Positions 1 to 10,332 of a stretch of 64,000 nucleotides of DNA are shown here, piece by piece. Both the position numbers and the translations under genes were made by a program. Location of the stretch: positions 1 to 64,000 of the IMG/VR virus record IMGVR_UViG_3300027749_000073. One strand, given 5' to 3'. The notes below the pieces were generated by a model. The model made no database searches. It was not told the DNA's origin and worked only from the letters and a program-made list of their open reading frames with translations. The DNA comes from a virus. Positions within the stretch are counted from its first letter, which is position 1; each line of letters opens with the position of its first letter.

Positions 1-2338
1 GATCGATTACTTCGCCTAATGTAAATTCAGAAATTAATTTATTAAACGGATTACTTTGAAGATTAACTGGAATTTCATAATACCCATTTGCGTTAATTGA
101 TTGCGAAGAAAATGTCCTTATTGATAAGACATCAGCCGGTGTTAAATCATTTGCTAATATAATTGTTTTTTTAATTGGAATGTTGTTAGTAGTTACGTCA
201 GTAGCAATTGACCATCGTAATTGATCAAGTCGAATTCCGTTAACATAAACACGGACTACTAAGTCATCGAGAGTTTCAATATCATCATATAAATCAATTT
301 TAAAATTATTTAAATTTGTCGAATTTTTATATACACGCACTGCTGCTTGTGTATTAGGCGATGTACAAATTTGCCATCCGTTAACATACGAAAATGAATT
401 ATTGTAATTTGTTTTAACTAGAAATCCAACATTTGTTGATTTAGTTGTAATTTTTGAGTTTTCTTCGTACTGAAAACTGTCAGTCATTAACGAAAAATTA
501 AAAACAATATCACCGATATTATTAATATTTTTATATGATAACGCAAAACCTAAATTTTTATCAACCTTGCCGCTACCAATTTTATACGAAAACAGATGTG
601 TTCCTAAAAATGTAGATCCCGAATATTTGCTTGTATCACTAAAACTAATACCAGTATCATCAACTATATCAAACAACGGTTGTTGATTTAATTTTGTTTT
701 CTGTTGTCCTAATTTCCAGTCTGTACCGTTAAACCAGTACATTTTTCCTTGATTTTTTGCACCAAAATGAATCAAGGCAGAGTGATATTTTTCAATAGTG
801 TCGTCTAAAACAAGATGAATTTGGCTGCTAGTCGGAACACCATTAGCGTCAGTTTTATTTGTATAAAGATTAACAATTTCAACACGATATATATTATTTC
901 TAACAAAATTATCAGTATCGGCAGTAAACAATATCCGATGGCCGTTAGCGAGATTAACACCGTCAACATTATATCCAGCCGATCCTTCAATAATTGAAAA
1001 TGCATCAGTTGTAAAGTCGTCAATTAAATCAATATCGGTAACTGCATGTGTTCCAAAGTTAAATAGTTTAAGATTATTATCAAATTCAATAATTGGTCGA
1101 ACTGCCCTAGCCGACTGATCAATAGTCGGCGTTATTCCATTTATAGTTGCGCTAATTTCAATAACATCTGTATGAAACCATCGATTATACCTCGACCATG
1201 CATTTCTATCTTTAGATGCACGATCAATCACAACATAATCAGGCGTGCTTGCATAAGAGATTGCATCACTGAATGGTTTCGAATCAAATGGGTTTGAATC
1301 GAATAAAATAGTTTCAGGAAGTGTATAATCAGTTAGAATTTCTAAATCTGATTCGCTAACTAATGTAATTGCAGTACCGACACCTTCGACATAATATTTG
1401 CCTGTTGCATATTTTGCAGGCGACACATTCCCAACAAACGCAATTTTCATGCCATTGCTTAACGGTGTCCCATCTTTTAATATATAAGTTTTTTTACCTA
1501 AAAATTCTGTATCGATATCTAACGACGAGTTTTCATTTAAGTCTAAAATTTGTACAACACCGCCGAGTATTATGTCAGTTTCACTGACATAATATAAAAC
1601 ATCTGGGCAGGTATTAGGAACAGTAAATGTAATAGATCCCACTTCCACAGCTGAATCTAAACCGGCAGTACGATACCGATCAGTAAACCCAGTAGATCGC
1701 TTAGTTTTAAAACTAAACGGGTTTCCTGGGCTTGTAATATTAAAGTTGTAAGTCTGACCGCGATACAATGTTAATGTTGGATTCCTTGACAGGCCGTTTG
1801 GTGTAAATAAATATTCGTTGTTATCGCCTTCGTTTTCAACAACAACCGTGTAAGTACTTTCAACTTTTTGGATATTTCCGTGTACATTAACTGTATTAGG
1901 ACCATTAGGTAACCAATAATAATTTTGAAAATTAACAAATTTATCCCAATTAATATGGGGATCCCAGCTGTAAAATTCTTGCTTATTTAATCGAGCATGG
2001 TTATTAACGTTTCCGCCAAACACGCTAATTTGATTAATATAATCTTGATAATCTTTAAAAAATGTTGTATTATTAAGCGGATCTTTAACAACAAATCCCG
2101 GTTCTAATTGATATTGCTGTCTGGCAGAATTTGCTGCGTCAACAAAAACATCATCGTGTGTTGTAGCTTTAGAATTTTGACGACCAACATATCCGCTAAC
2201 TTTTTGTACAGACCCGGGCTGGACTAATTGATTAACTGTAGCTTGTAAAAACTTTTTATTTGCATCTGTTCTATAAAATCTTGGTAGAAATGTTGCAGAA
2301 AGGTTGTCACTTGCGATTGGATTTGTGCTGTCAGCCAT
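1..2338 (-). CDS. Very large virion/baseplate wedge protein, 3'-truncated by the window edge (missing from the ORF track)
   Basis: ATG at 2338 overlaps the gp6 stop (TAATG). Translation begins MADSTNPIASDNLSATFLPRFYRTDANKKFLQATVNQLVQPG...FYSWDPHINWDKFVNFQNYYWLPNGP. The frame was read for the first ~150 codons and is presumed open to the edge. Position after gp6 matches a gp7-like wedge gene. Confidence 0.75.
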   Translation of the reverse strand, partial: MADSTNPIASDNLSATFLPRFYRTDANKKFLQATVNQLVQPGSVQKVSGYVGRQNSKATTHDDVFVDAANSARQQYQLEPGFVVKDPLNNTTFFKDYQDYINQISVFGGNVNNHARLNKQEFYSWDPHINWDKFVNFQNYYWLPNGPNTVNVHGNIQKVESTYTVVVENEGDNNEYLFTPNGLSRNPTLTLYRGQTYNFNITSPGNPFSFKTKRSTGFTDRYRTAGLDSAVEVGSITFTVPNTCPDVLYYVSETDIILGGVVQILDLNENSSLDIDTEFLGKKTYILKDGTPLSNGMKIAFVGNVSPAKYATGKYYVEGVGTAITLVSESDLEILTDYTLPETILFDSNPFDSKPFSDAISYASTPDYVVIDRASKDRNAWSRYNRWFHTDVIEISATINGITPTIDQSARAVRPIIEFDNNLKLFNFGTHAVTDIDLIDDFTTDAFSIIEGSAGYNVDGVNLANGHRILFTADTDNFVRNNIYRVEIVNLYTNKTDANGVPTSSQIHLVLDDTIEKYHSALIHFGAKNQGKMYWFNGTDWKLGQQKTKLNQQPLFDIVDDTGISFSDTSKYSGSTFLGTHLFSYKIGSGKVDKNLGFALSYKNINNIGDIVFNFSLMTDSFQYEENSKITTKSTNVGFLVKTNYNNSFSYVNGWQICTSPNTQAAVRVYKNSTNLNNFKIDLYDDIETLDDLVVRVYVNGIRLDQLRWSIATDVTTNNIPIKKTIILANDLTPADVLSIRTFSSQSINANGYYEIPVNLQSNPFNKLISEFTLGEVID

Positions 2339-5300
2339 TAGATACTCCCGTATGATGAACTAGTAATAAGTTGTTGATCTGCTGAATTTTCAGCAGTAAT
2401 AATATTTGCCGATTTAATTTGGTTTGCAGTAATTCCAGAAATAATTTCAATATCAGTTACTGTTGCTCCATTAATAAAAATTTGGTTGCTAGTTGATTTA
2501 ATTTCAAATAAACTACCAAACGATAGATTAGGTTGGCGAGGTACAATCAAAAAATTTGAAATGTTAGGTGATGTTTTATTCATAACATACGTTGCTAGTT
2601 CTGAAAAATAAAAAGTATCACCAAAATCCCAATTTTCTAAAGCAAAAAATTCGTTAATTGCAGTTATCACTTGAGATTTAATATCGTTATCTGAAATGAC
2701 CTGACCCGAAGTTTTTGTAATTTTAAACACTGCCTGCAATTCTAATGGCGCAGTTGGGCCAAACAAAACTTTATATTGTATAGGATGATATACAACTTCG
2801 TCGGACACTGCTTTAATTAAATTTAAAGACGGTGCCAAGGTGTTGTATAATTCATCAGTACCTGGGGCAAGCGGTTTGTCAATTGCTGCACCAGCAAGCC
2901 ACTGTCTAAATGCAGTATCATAATTCTTTGTAAGAACAAATACATCAATAATGTTACTTGTTCCTGGATCAATTCGAGACTCATAATCTGCACTATGAAT
3001 ATATTGAAATTTAAGATTATCTCGGCCTTGATATACTTTATACATAAGAGAAGGCACTAATTTTCTTGCAGTAGTCAATTGCTTTACTACTGCAGTATCT
3101 GCAAAATAAAAATACTGGCCAATTGTAAAATCTAACAATGTAGCTAATTCGGATTCGGAATTATATATTTTAACAATCTCATTAACGTTATTGATATATC
3201 TAAAATCGTCTTGCCCTAACGAAATTGAGTATTTTTCTTCAACAATATATCGATTTTTAAGAACAATCGTTGAGTTAGTCGGATCAACAATAGTTAAAAA
3301 TAATTCAGGATTATCAACAATACCGTCGTCGTCACTATCTGCAAACGACACTACAATTTTTTTATTATCTACATAACCGTCCAACCCGATATACTCAGAA
3401 TGGATTTCCCATTTATAGTCAACTAAGAATGGCAAAGCACTACCTGCAACTGTATTGATATTTAAAATTTTAATAGAGTCTTTAATTAACGAGTTTGATC
3501 GAGTATCGTATATTTTTTTACTGCTGTCAAAATAAAATCTAAGTTGTTTATCACTTTCAAAAATAAAACGTGTTTCGCGACTAGTTATTTTATAAGATTC
3601 ATTGTCGGTCGTAAACAATAACACCCAACTTGAATCTTGTTGTGTATTTGAAATATCGCCTTGTTTTCCTAAATTAAACGCGCCTTTGCTGTTTAAATTC
3701 ACTTCAAAAATAATTTGCCATTCCTGAACAACTGCACTGTATCGCAGTCCGAAAGGTTTATTTGAAAATATCAAATCAATCATTGTCGAAATAACTGATT
3801 GAGAAAGCGAAGTCGAAAACTTTGGAATAATTTGGCTTACTATTGAAGTAGTCGGAATTGGTGTACTTAGCGTAATAGCACCCATGCCAGATGGTAGCAT
3901 TCCTGTACCCGATGCCGTTCCGTCAGATGCAACTGTTACAACTTCTGCCCATAGATAGGTAACGTACCCAGGTTCTGTCCCAGTTCCTATTACTAATGCA
4001 TTTTTGTTATTAGTATTAAAATACTTACCTTCAGGTGCAACGAATCTAACTAATGCGCCCGGTGAAAAATATTTAAGATCAGTAGCGGTAAATGAACTAA
4101 CTTTGTTAATTTGAAGATCGGACTGGTTACTAATAAATCCAGATGATGACGACGAATCAGTCGAAACAGTAGTCCAAAACACATCTAAACTCAAAGTTAT
4201 TAAATTAATAAATTTTGAATAATAAAAATTTCTCAATTCTATTTTTTTCAAAATATCAATTACTGTATTATAAATCACGGCTTCGATATCAGTCTTGTTA
4301 GCAAACGAAAACTTAACAAATGACTGGTAACTTTCAGTATACAGTACACCATCATCTGCAAATAAATTTGTAGAGCTATATTTTCCGGTAGGGTCAACGA
4401 GGTCAAAATATCGACTAATACCACTTGACGATCTGTTAACTGCTTTTACTTTTAATATTTGTTGATTAACACCCAATGGACTAATGTTATAATCTTCACC
4501 GGTAATCATTCTATTTTGTGTGTAGTACGTTGCAGGAGCATTTGCTTTAATGCTATCATTAGACTCAGTAGTATCTGCATTGCTAACTGAAGTTGCCAAC
4601 GCTAGAGTAACTGTTAATGTTTCGAGCTGGTTAGTTGCCGACATGTATGGAATAGAAATTGAAACATTGCGAATATCTTGCGGTGTAATTTTATAGTTTA
4701 ATCCGTTACTAATTCTATAATACACCCTAAAAGTGCCCAACGGTAAATTACCAAATGTGCCATCGCTAAATGTTAAACTAACTGCGTCACCTGCGCGAGT
4801 AGTAACGCCATATATATTTCTAATGTTTTTGTTTAAACTATTATAGATAATGTTGTTTCCTTCAAAATTAGGAACTTTAGTCCATAATTCACTTTCTGCA
4901 GAATTTTTGTCTAATCGATATAACCATACATCATTGTTGTTAATACCCTGCGATTGTATGTCAACTAATTCACTTGTGCTAGGTTGAGAAATTGTAAACG
5001 ATCCAGTGCTAAGGTTTCCTTGAGTAAAGTTTAAAAAGAAACCAGTAGCCGCGCTACTGTAGCCGCGGCCGTCGTTTTTAAAAATGCAAGCAAGTTTATT
5101 TCCTGCTTTAGGTGGTTCTTCGTAAATATAGTTCTGCCCATTAAACGACGTACTTGTTATTTCAAATGTCGTGTTTCTTCCTGATATTGTTTTTGAAAAC
5201 GCATAAACAGGAACTCCGGAATTTGCGCTTTCAAATCTGTATTGTTCAGAAGGGATGCCATATACAGTCGCTTTATCTACAGGACTACCAAATTGTTGAG

Positions 5301-5799
5301 ATGTATTTAACGCAGCATTAATAACTTTAATAAACTGATCGTACCAATTCGAATTTGAAGCATCGTTCCATGTAATAACCTGACCGGCTAAATTTCGACC
5401 AGTGCTATCAATAACACTTTGACTAGTCTGCACAGTTGAAAATTTTAATAATCCTTGAGCAGCAACATTTCGTTTTGCATTATAACTAATAAGACGTGCT
5501 AATCTTAACACACTATCTCGACGTTCTGCTAGCTCTAAAAAGTTTTCGCGGGCGTTTAAATCAACACGGAACGCAACACTTTGTCCTAAAAATGCAATTA
5601 GATCGATAAGTGCCAAATACTCCGAGCTTTCAATATAATCGTTAAAATCTTCCGGGTAGTTTTGACGAATATAGTCAATCATTGTTCTACGAAGATTCTC
5701 AAAATCATAACTTTGAAAGTCTGCGTTTCTAAAAGATTGATAAATTTTCTTCCAATCTTCTGCTACTAATAATCTATTTTGTCTATCTATTGCACTCAT
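2338..5799 (-). CDS. Baseplate wedge subunit (T4 gp6-like)
   Basis: 1153 aa. N-terminal DFQSYDFENLR..DYIRQNYPEDFNDYIESSE..LIDLIAF..DLNARENFLELAERRDS and QNRMITGEDY motifs of gp6/baseplate J family. Adjacent to gp25. Confidence 0.9.
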   Translation of the reverse strand: MSAIDRQNRLLVAEDWKKIYQSFRNADFQSYDFENLRRTMIDYIRQNYPEDFNDYIESSEYLALIDLIAFLGQSVAFRVDLNARENFLELAERRDSVLRLARLISYNAKRNVAAQGLLKFSTVQTSQSVIDSTGRNLAGQVITWNDASNSNWYDQFIKVINAALNTSQQFGSPVDKATVYGIPSEQYRFESANSGVPVYAFSKTISGRNTTFEITSTSFNGQNYIYEEPPKAGNKLACIFKNDGRGYSSAATGFFLNFTQGNLSTGSFTISQPSTSELVDIQSQGINNNDVWLYRLDKNSAESELWTKVPNFEGNNIIYNSLNKNIRNIYGVTTRAGDAVSLTFSDGTFGNLPLGTFRVYYRISNGLNYKITPQDIRNVSISIPYMSATNQLETLTVTLALATSVSNADTTESNDSIKANAPATYYTQNRMITGEDYNISPLGVNQQILKVKAVNRSSSGISRYFDLVDPTGKYSSTNLFADDGVLYTESYQSFVKFSFANKTDIEAVIYNTVIDILKKIELRNFYYSKFINLITLSLDVFWTTVSTDSSSSSGFISNQSDLQINKVSSFTATDLKYFSPGALVRFVAPEGKYFNTNNKNALVIGTGTEPGYVTYLWAEVVTVASDGTASGTGMLPSGMGAITLSTPIPTTSIVSQIIPKFSTSLSQSVISTMIDLIFSNKPFGLRYSAVVQEWQIIFEVNLNSKGAFNLGKQGDISNTQQDSSWVLLFTTDNESYKITSRETRFIFESDKQLRFYFDSSKKIYDTRSNSLIKDSIKILNINTVAGSALPFLVDYKWEIHSEYIGLDGYVDNKKIVVSFADSDDDGIVDNPELFLTIVDPTNSTIVLKNRYIVEEKYSISLGQDDFRYINNVNEIVKIYNSESELATLLDFTIGQYFYFADTAVVKQLTTARKLVPSLMYKVYQGRDNLKFQYIHSADYESRIDPGTSNIIDVFVLTKNYDTAFRQWLAGAAIDKPLAPGTDELYNTLAPSLNLIKAVSDEVVYHPIQYKVLFGPTAPLELQAVFKITKTSGQVISDNDIKSQVITAINEFFALENWDFGDTFYFSELATYVMNKTSPNISNFLIVPRQPNLSFGSLFEIKSTSNQIFINGATVTDIEIISGITANQIKSANIITAENSADQQLITSSSYGSI

Positions 5800-5817
5800 G
5801 GTTTGTCCTAATAAGTG

Positions 5818-5823
5818 TATTTA
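5818..5823 (-). promoter_or_regulatory. T4-type late promoter (TAAATA)
   Basis: TAAATA about 20 nt upstream of the gp6 ATG. Confidence 0.6.
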
Positions 5824-5846
5824 TTGAATAAAATTATGTGTGTACT

Positions 5847-6293
5847 TTATTGAATTAGCAAGCCACTTGTTTGATCAAACCGTAATTTCATAGATTGAGA
5901 AATATTATACGGATTAAATTGTAATGAACATTCTATTTGTATTCCAGTTTCGTACGCAGTTACTACTACCTCTGATGCATATATTCGCGGATCGTAATTT
6001 ATTATTTTATTAACATCTTGCAAAATCAATTCTTTAACCTGCTCTGTCATTGGTTCAAATAATACGTCCCAAATTATTGTTCCAAACTCCGGCTGCATTA
6101 ATCGCTCGCCTTGCCTAATATAAAAATGATTTATTAAGTCTTGTTTAACTAATTCTATGTCAAATAAACTAAAATTTTGTGTAGTTGTATTAACTGTGCT
6201 AAACCCTTTATACATCTTCGGTGTAATATCAGTTGCTTTAATTGCAACCGCCGGTAACGAAATCCTATGATAAAGATTTGATTTTACGCTCAT
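5847..6293 (-). CDS. Baseplate wedge subunit gp25-like (GPW/gp25 family)
   Basis: YKGFS..DIELVKQDLINHF..RQGER.MQPEFG..IWDVLFEP..YDPR signature. Confidence 0.9.
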   Translation of the reverse strand: MSVKSNLYHRISLPAVAIKATDITPKMYKGFSTVNTTTQNFSLFDIELVKQDLINHFYIRQGERLMQPEFGTIIWDVLFEPMTEQVKELILQDVNKIINYDPRIYASEVVVTAYETGIQIECSLQFNPYNISQSMKLRFDQTSGLLIQ

Positions 6294-7795
6294 TTTTGTT
6301 TCTCCTCGCCTTTAACTTTAGCGAAAGTATCTGTTTTTGTTGTGTATTTTTTAAAGAAATCCGGTGTTGCATTTCCTCGACTAGCAGTCGGGTCACTAGC
6401 TTTAGTTTGCTCAGGTATAACTTTAGTAGGATCTAAATTTTCATGTCCACTATAAGGCTCCTGCGTCGGAACCCTAATAGGAATATATGCTTTAGTGGCT
6501 GCAACTGCAGCAGCGCCGTTCATATCAATTTTAGTTGCAGATTCGATATGGTTAGTACTTTTTAAATTTAAATTATTTTTAACTGTTATGTTACCGCTGC
6601 CGGCATCGGCGAGTATTTCTAAATCACCAAATGTTGCAGTAATTTTAACATTTCGTCTAGCTGTAATATTAACCCATCCGTCAGTGTCTGCAGTAAATTT
6701 TCCAACAGTTTTACCCGGAGTATCTGCACCTGCATGTAAATTAATATCTCGAGCAGCACTAAAGTTAATATCTACATCAGATCTAAAACTAATGCTGTCT
6801 GATGCATATATATCGATTTTTCCGTTGCTGGTCATTTCAATCCATGCAGTTCCTCTAGAATTTGTAATGTAAATTAAATCTTCACTGTTATGCAACAGGA
6901 TTTGATGTCCAGTCCGTGTTCGGATTCTAACAAGTTCGTTATGCGGTATTGTTACATCACCCCCGGTTTCGCCTTGTTCAATTGCCATATACTCCGGACC
7001 TGCTTCGCTGGGTTTTTTCTTACGAAGAAACTTGTCATCGCCGTCGTCCATAACAAACGTACTACCGCCTAATCTACTCACAAACGCATTTGGAATTTTG
7101 TGTTCATCTTTGCCAATTGGTCCAGTCTTTGCTCCTGATCTTTTATCAAGAGGGCCAGGTGTTGAAATCCCAAACACCATACTAGGCGTTTCGCGTCTTG
7201 CACTACTAGTCGTAATTCCACGAGTGTCATCATACAACAAACCGCCGTCGTTTGCGCCAAGGTTCCCTTGATTTTCTAAAACTACTGCAAATGGATGTGC
7301 AGGTTTTTTAAATTTAGAAGGATCAGACGTTGCTGTGTTAACTTTAGAATTAAATTCGGCAACTGGTCTGCGCTGTTTGCTATCAAGCACATATTCTGTT
7401 GCAGCAAGCCCAGGAATCATAAAATTTTTATTTTCTTCAAACACGCAGCCTATCCAGTAACCGTATTTTGGATCACCGTTAATAAAAAAAACAATTACTT
7501 TTGATCCTACATCAGGTGGGACCATCCAAAAGCCATAACTTTTTTGTGTGTTGTTAAAATCGTTCGGATCTTCAGCAACAAATTCTTTACTTGTTATTCC
7601 GCCAAAGGGACTCATGTAATTAACACGGTGCAACTCTCCCTCTTTGCTCGTGCCGCCAGTGGGTCGATCAAGTTCTACTTCAAGGATGCCCATATATGTA
7701 CCATCCTGATGACTTACTACCGTTGCTAAGAACGGTCCTGGTTCTGGTTTTGATCCCGATGATGAAATGAATCCACCTTGTTTATTATCAGCCAT
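6290..7795 (-). CDS. Baseplate hub/central spike gp5-like (OB-fold plus beta-helix)
   Basis: SYGFWMVPPDVGSKVIVFFINGDP..GYWIGC OB-fold. RIRTRTGHQILL.. WIEMTSNGKIDIY VgrG/gp5-type repeats. No lysozyme domain seen. Confidence 0.8.
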   Translation of the reverse strand: MADNKQGGFISSSGSKPEPGPFLATVVSHQDGTYMGILEVELDRPTGGTSKEGELHRVNYMSPFGGITSKEFVAEDPNDFNNTQKSYGFWMVPPDVGSKVIVFFINGDPKYGYWIGCVFEENKNFMIPGLAATEYVLDSKQRRPVAEFNSKVNTATSDPSKFKKPAHPFAVVLENQGNLGANDGGLLYDDTRGITTSSARRETPSMVFGISTPGPLDKRSGAKTGPIGKDEHKIPNAFVSRLGGSTFVMDDGDDKFLRKKKPSEAGPEYMAIEQGETGGDVTIPHNELVRIRTRTGHQILLHNSEDLIYITNSRGTAWIEMTSNGKIDIYASDSISFRSDVDINFSAARDINLHAGADTPGKTVGKFTADTDGWVNITARRNVKITATFGDLEILADAGSGNITVKNNLNLKSTNHIESATKIDMNGAAAVAATKAYIPIRVPTQEPYSGHENLDPTKVIPEQTKASDPTASRGNATPDFFKKYTTKTDTFAKVKGEEKQK

Positions 7796-7803
7796 TACTT
7801 TAC

Positions 7804-10029
7804 CTATAATACCTTGCTAACTACACTAGTCACTGCGTCAGTTACTGCACCAACTGCATCACCTGCAATTTTTGCTGCAGCATCAACAACGCCTGATGCT
7901 AGATTTGCTATATTAAATGTGCCACTCGGTGCAACATTTGTACCTTCTTGCATTGGTAATCTATATGCATCGAGTTCTTGTGTAAATTGCCCGCCGTTAA
8001 ACGAACTTTTAACAGTAATAACATTATACAATCCGTTAAACTGCATCAGCGGTGCAGTCGCAGAACCAAATGAATACATTCCAGTTGTTTGATTAATGTC
8101 AATTGGAGTTCTAAAAAAAATGCTAATAACAACTTCACCGTTTTGGTAGTTTACTGATCCGTCAGATGTTAAATTACTGTACTGTGTTGAACTTGCTGTG
8201 TAATTTCCCATTCCACTTTGCACAACAAAATAGGGATCACCGACAATTTTTAATTTTATGTTATACATATCAAGCCCCGATGTAACAGAGTCCATAAAAA
8301 ATCTAGCAGCGCGGGTGCCTTTTGTTTCTGTACCACCACCGCCCATTTTGTCAGACCCGGTTAATGTTCCGATATATTTTACAATTGTCGAACCTACTCC
8401 TAACTCCTGTTCGGGCGCAAACCCTTCAGCAAGCGGCGAACCACCTTTTGGTTTAACATTCCCAATTTCAGAATCTTTAACATCACCGCCGTCTTCTAAT
8501 CCATCGGCAGCCATAATTGTTTGGAAGCCATTATTAATCTTAATATCAAAATTTAAAATATCGACATTTTTTCCAGTATAAATGTAGTTGTATTCTTTTA
8601 CTGCTTGCATTGCTAAATTATCAAACCCTGGAACCTGTGCATTAGGCGGAGCCATTTTACTAGAATGCACGTCGTATGGTACTACCCTATACACAATTAG
8701 CTTTGGGTATGATCCGGTTGATTTCATGTTGTCTGTATTAGGGATAATATAAGTTTGGACATCAATTCGCCACCATCCTATGTACCCCTCTGGACTTAGA
8801 TTATCTGGGTTAAATGCGTCAGTAACAAAATTACTTTGTAAAATGACTTGATTAATTGCATTCGGAATATCAGTGTCTTGTCTAAATCTAAAATCACTTT
8901 CTGCAGCATTGATAGTATTATTCGCACGCACATTAACTTTTAGTTTATCATCGTAAATAACATTATCTTTTCCGACAGGAGCATCGCCTTTGCGCTTTTC
9001 GTCAAAACCTAATTTTGCTTTGCCTAGATCATTACAATTTTTAGGATCTTGTTCTAATGATTGGGTGTCTTTGTTTCGAGAAACACCTATTTTATCAAAC
9101 AATGCCTGTTGTGTTGCATCAGTAGTTGCGCCATCTTTATTTTCGGTACTGCCTGAGCCTCCGCCCGATGCCTCAGACGAAGTATCAATCGGAAATAAGA
9201 TTAAAATTTCATCTGGAACTGATACAATTTTTTTATCTTGTAGTGTTTTTAATCGTTTATTAACTACAGTTTGTAAACTCTTTTCGCCTGTTTGTAATGT
9301 TTCTTGTACAGTTGTTCCTTTGATCGATACATCAGTTTTTAATGTTGCATGCTCGTCACTTAACCCTAGTTGATTATACGGCTGTGCAGTTACTGTATAT
9401 GAACTGCCGCTTGCATCAACTGACATGTTGATCTCATTAAACATAAACGGTATGCGTTTTTCTAAACCAGGAATAGGAACCATTGATCCGTTTTCTTTAT
9501 TACCTCTAAAATCAATAGTTAATAAAAACGGTGCATCACGCCACGCATTCCACCCTTGTTCTTGAGCTGCTTGCTGGATCGAAATCATAAACAGGCCCAT
9601 GCTAAACGGTTCTCTAACTTTAAAAGAGATAGATGAAACGTTTGTATTAAATCCAAACTGTAAACCTATTTGGCTATCTAATTGTAAATCTTCAACAAAG
9701 AAATCAAACTTACCATACGGTGTGTTTACGCGATTATTCGGGTCGGCATTAGCTGATTTACAAATTAGTGGAATTCGTTTCCCTGCAAGATATGTTGAAT
9801 CCGGATAGTTGCAGTCTTCTGCGGTTAACGATCCTATGCCGATCACGTAGTCATAGGTAGCATACCCGTGTAGTGCATTGGCAATTGGAAATTTTTGTGG
9901 TGCAATTTCTTTAAATGCAGAGGTAACTGCACTAATAGTGCTGTCAATTGCCGCTGCAACTCCTGTTGCTGCACCTATACCTGTTAACACAGTAGTTGCC
10001 ACCGATGATGCTGTAGTTGCTCCTGCCAT
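7804..10029 (-). CDS. Putative baseplate hub protein (gp27/late control D-like)
   Basis: 741 aa between gp53 and gp5. C-terminal LKIVGDP...GLYNVITVKSSF..GQFTQEL typical of hub/GPD-like proteins. Confidence 0.55.
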   Translation of the reverse strand: MAGATTASSVATTVLTGIGAATGVAAAIDSTISAVTSAFKEIAPQKFPIANALHGYATYDYVIGIGSLTAEDCNYPDSTYLAGKRIPLICKSANADPNNRVNTPYGKFDFFVEDLQLDSQIGLQFGFNTNVSSISFKVREPFSMGLFMISIQQAAQEQGWNAWRDAPFLLTIDFRGNKENGSMVPIPGLEKRIPFMFNEINMSVDASGSSYTVTAQPYNQLGLSDEHATLKTDVSIKGTTVQETLQTGEKSLQTVVNKRLKTLQDKKIVSVPDEILILFPIDTSSEASGGGSGSTENKDGATTDATQQALFDKIGVSRNKDTQSLEQDPKNCNDLGKAKLGFDEKRKGDAPVGKDNVIYDDKLKVNVRANNTINAAESDFRFRQDTDIPNAINQVILQSNFVTDAFNPDNLSPEGYIGWWRIDVQTYIIPNTDNMKSTGSYPKLIVYRVVPYDVHSSKMAPPNAQVPGFDNLAMQAVKEYNYIYTGKNVDILNFDIKINNGFQTIMAADGLEDGGDVKDSEIGNVKPKGGSPLAEGFAPEQELGVGSTIVKYIGTLTGSDKMGGGGTETKGTRAARFFMDSVTSGLDMYNIKLKIVGDPYFVVQSGMGNYTASSTQYSNLTSDGSVNYQNGEVVISIFFRTPIDINQTTGMYSFGSATAPLMQFNGLYNVITVKSSFNGGQFTQELDAYRLPMQEGTNVAPSGTFNIANLASGVVDAAAKIAGDAVGAVTDAVTSVVSKVL

Positions 10030-10331
10030 TATATACCTAACGCCTCTCTTAATTTTGAATTTTTCGGAACATATATTTTAGTGCCTGCAGTAAAATCAAA
10101 TATCGGATCACGAAGCACATCTAAGTTACGTTGGATAAACACCCACCACAAACTAGCGTCTCCGTACAAGTCAAACGCTAACAAATCTGGACGATAAGTA
10201 TACTGTGCCTGAATAGTATACAGAAAATCATCCACTTCTGCGCTAACAGGCCGGATAGTTAAGATGTCTAAATAATCTTGTTTTGTTTTTGTTTTATACC
10301 ACGGACTAGTATTACTGTATTTTGCTATCAT
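10029..10331 (-). CDS. Baseplate wedge gp53-like (LysM-type)
   Basis: YRPDLLAFDLYGD..LWWVF..RN..DPIFDF..G..IYVP motif. Confidence 0.85.
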   Translation of the reverse strand: MIAKYSNTSPWYKTKTKQDYLDILTIRPVSAEVDDFLYTIQAQYTYRPDLLAFDLYGDASLWWVFIQRNLDVLRDPIFDFTAGTKIYVPKNSKLREALGI

Positions 10332-10332
10332 A

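Noticed and set aside
805-1587. Short ORFs listed in the track
   Set aside because: They overlap the long - strand wedge-protein frame starting at 2338; no independent signals
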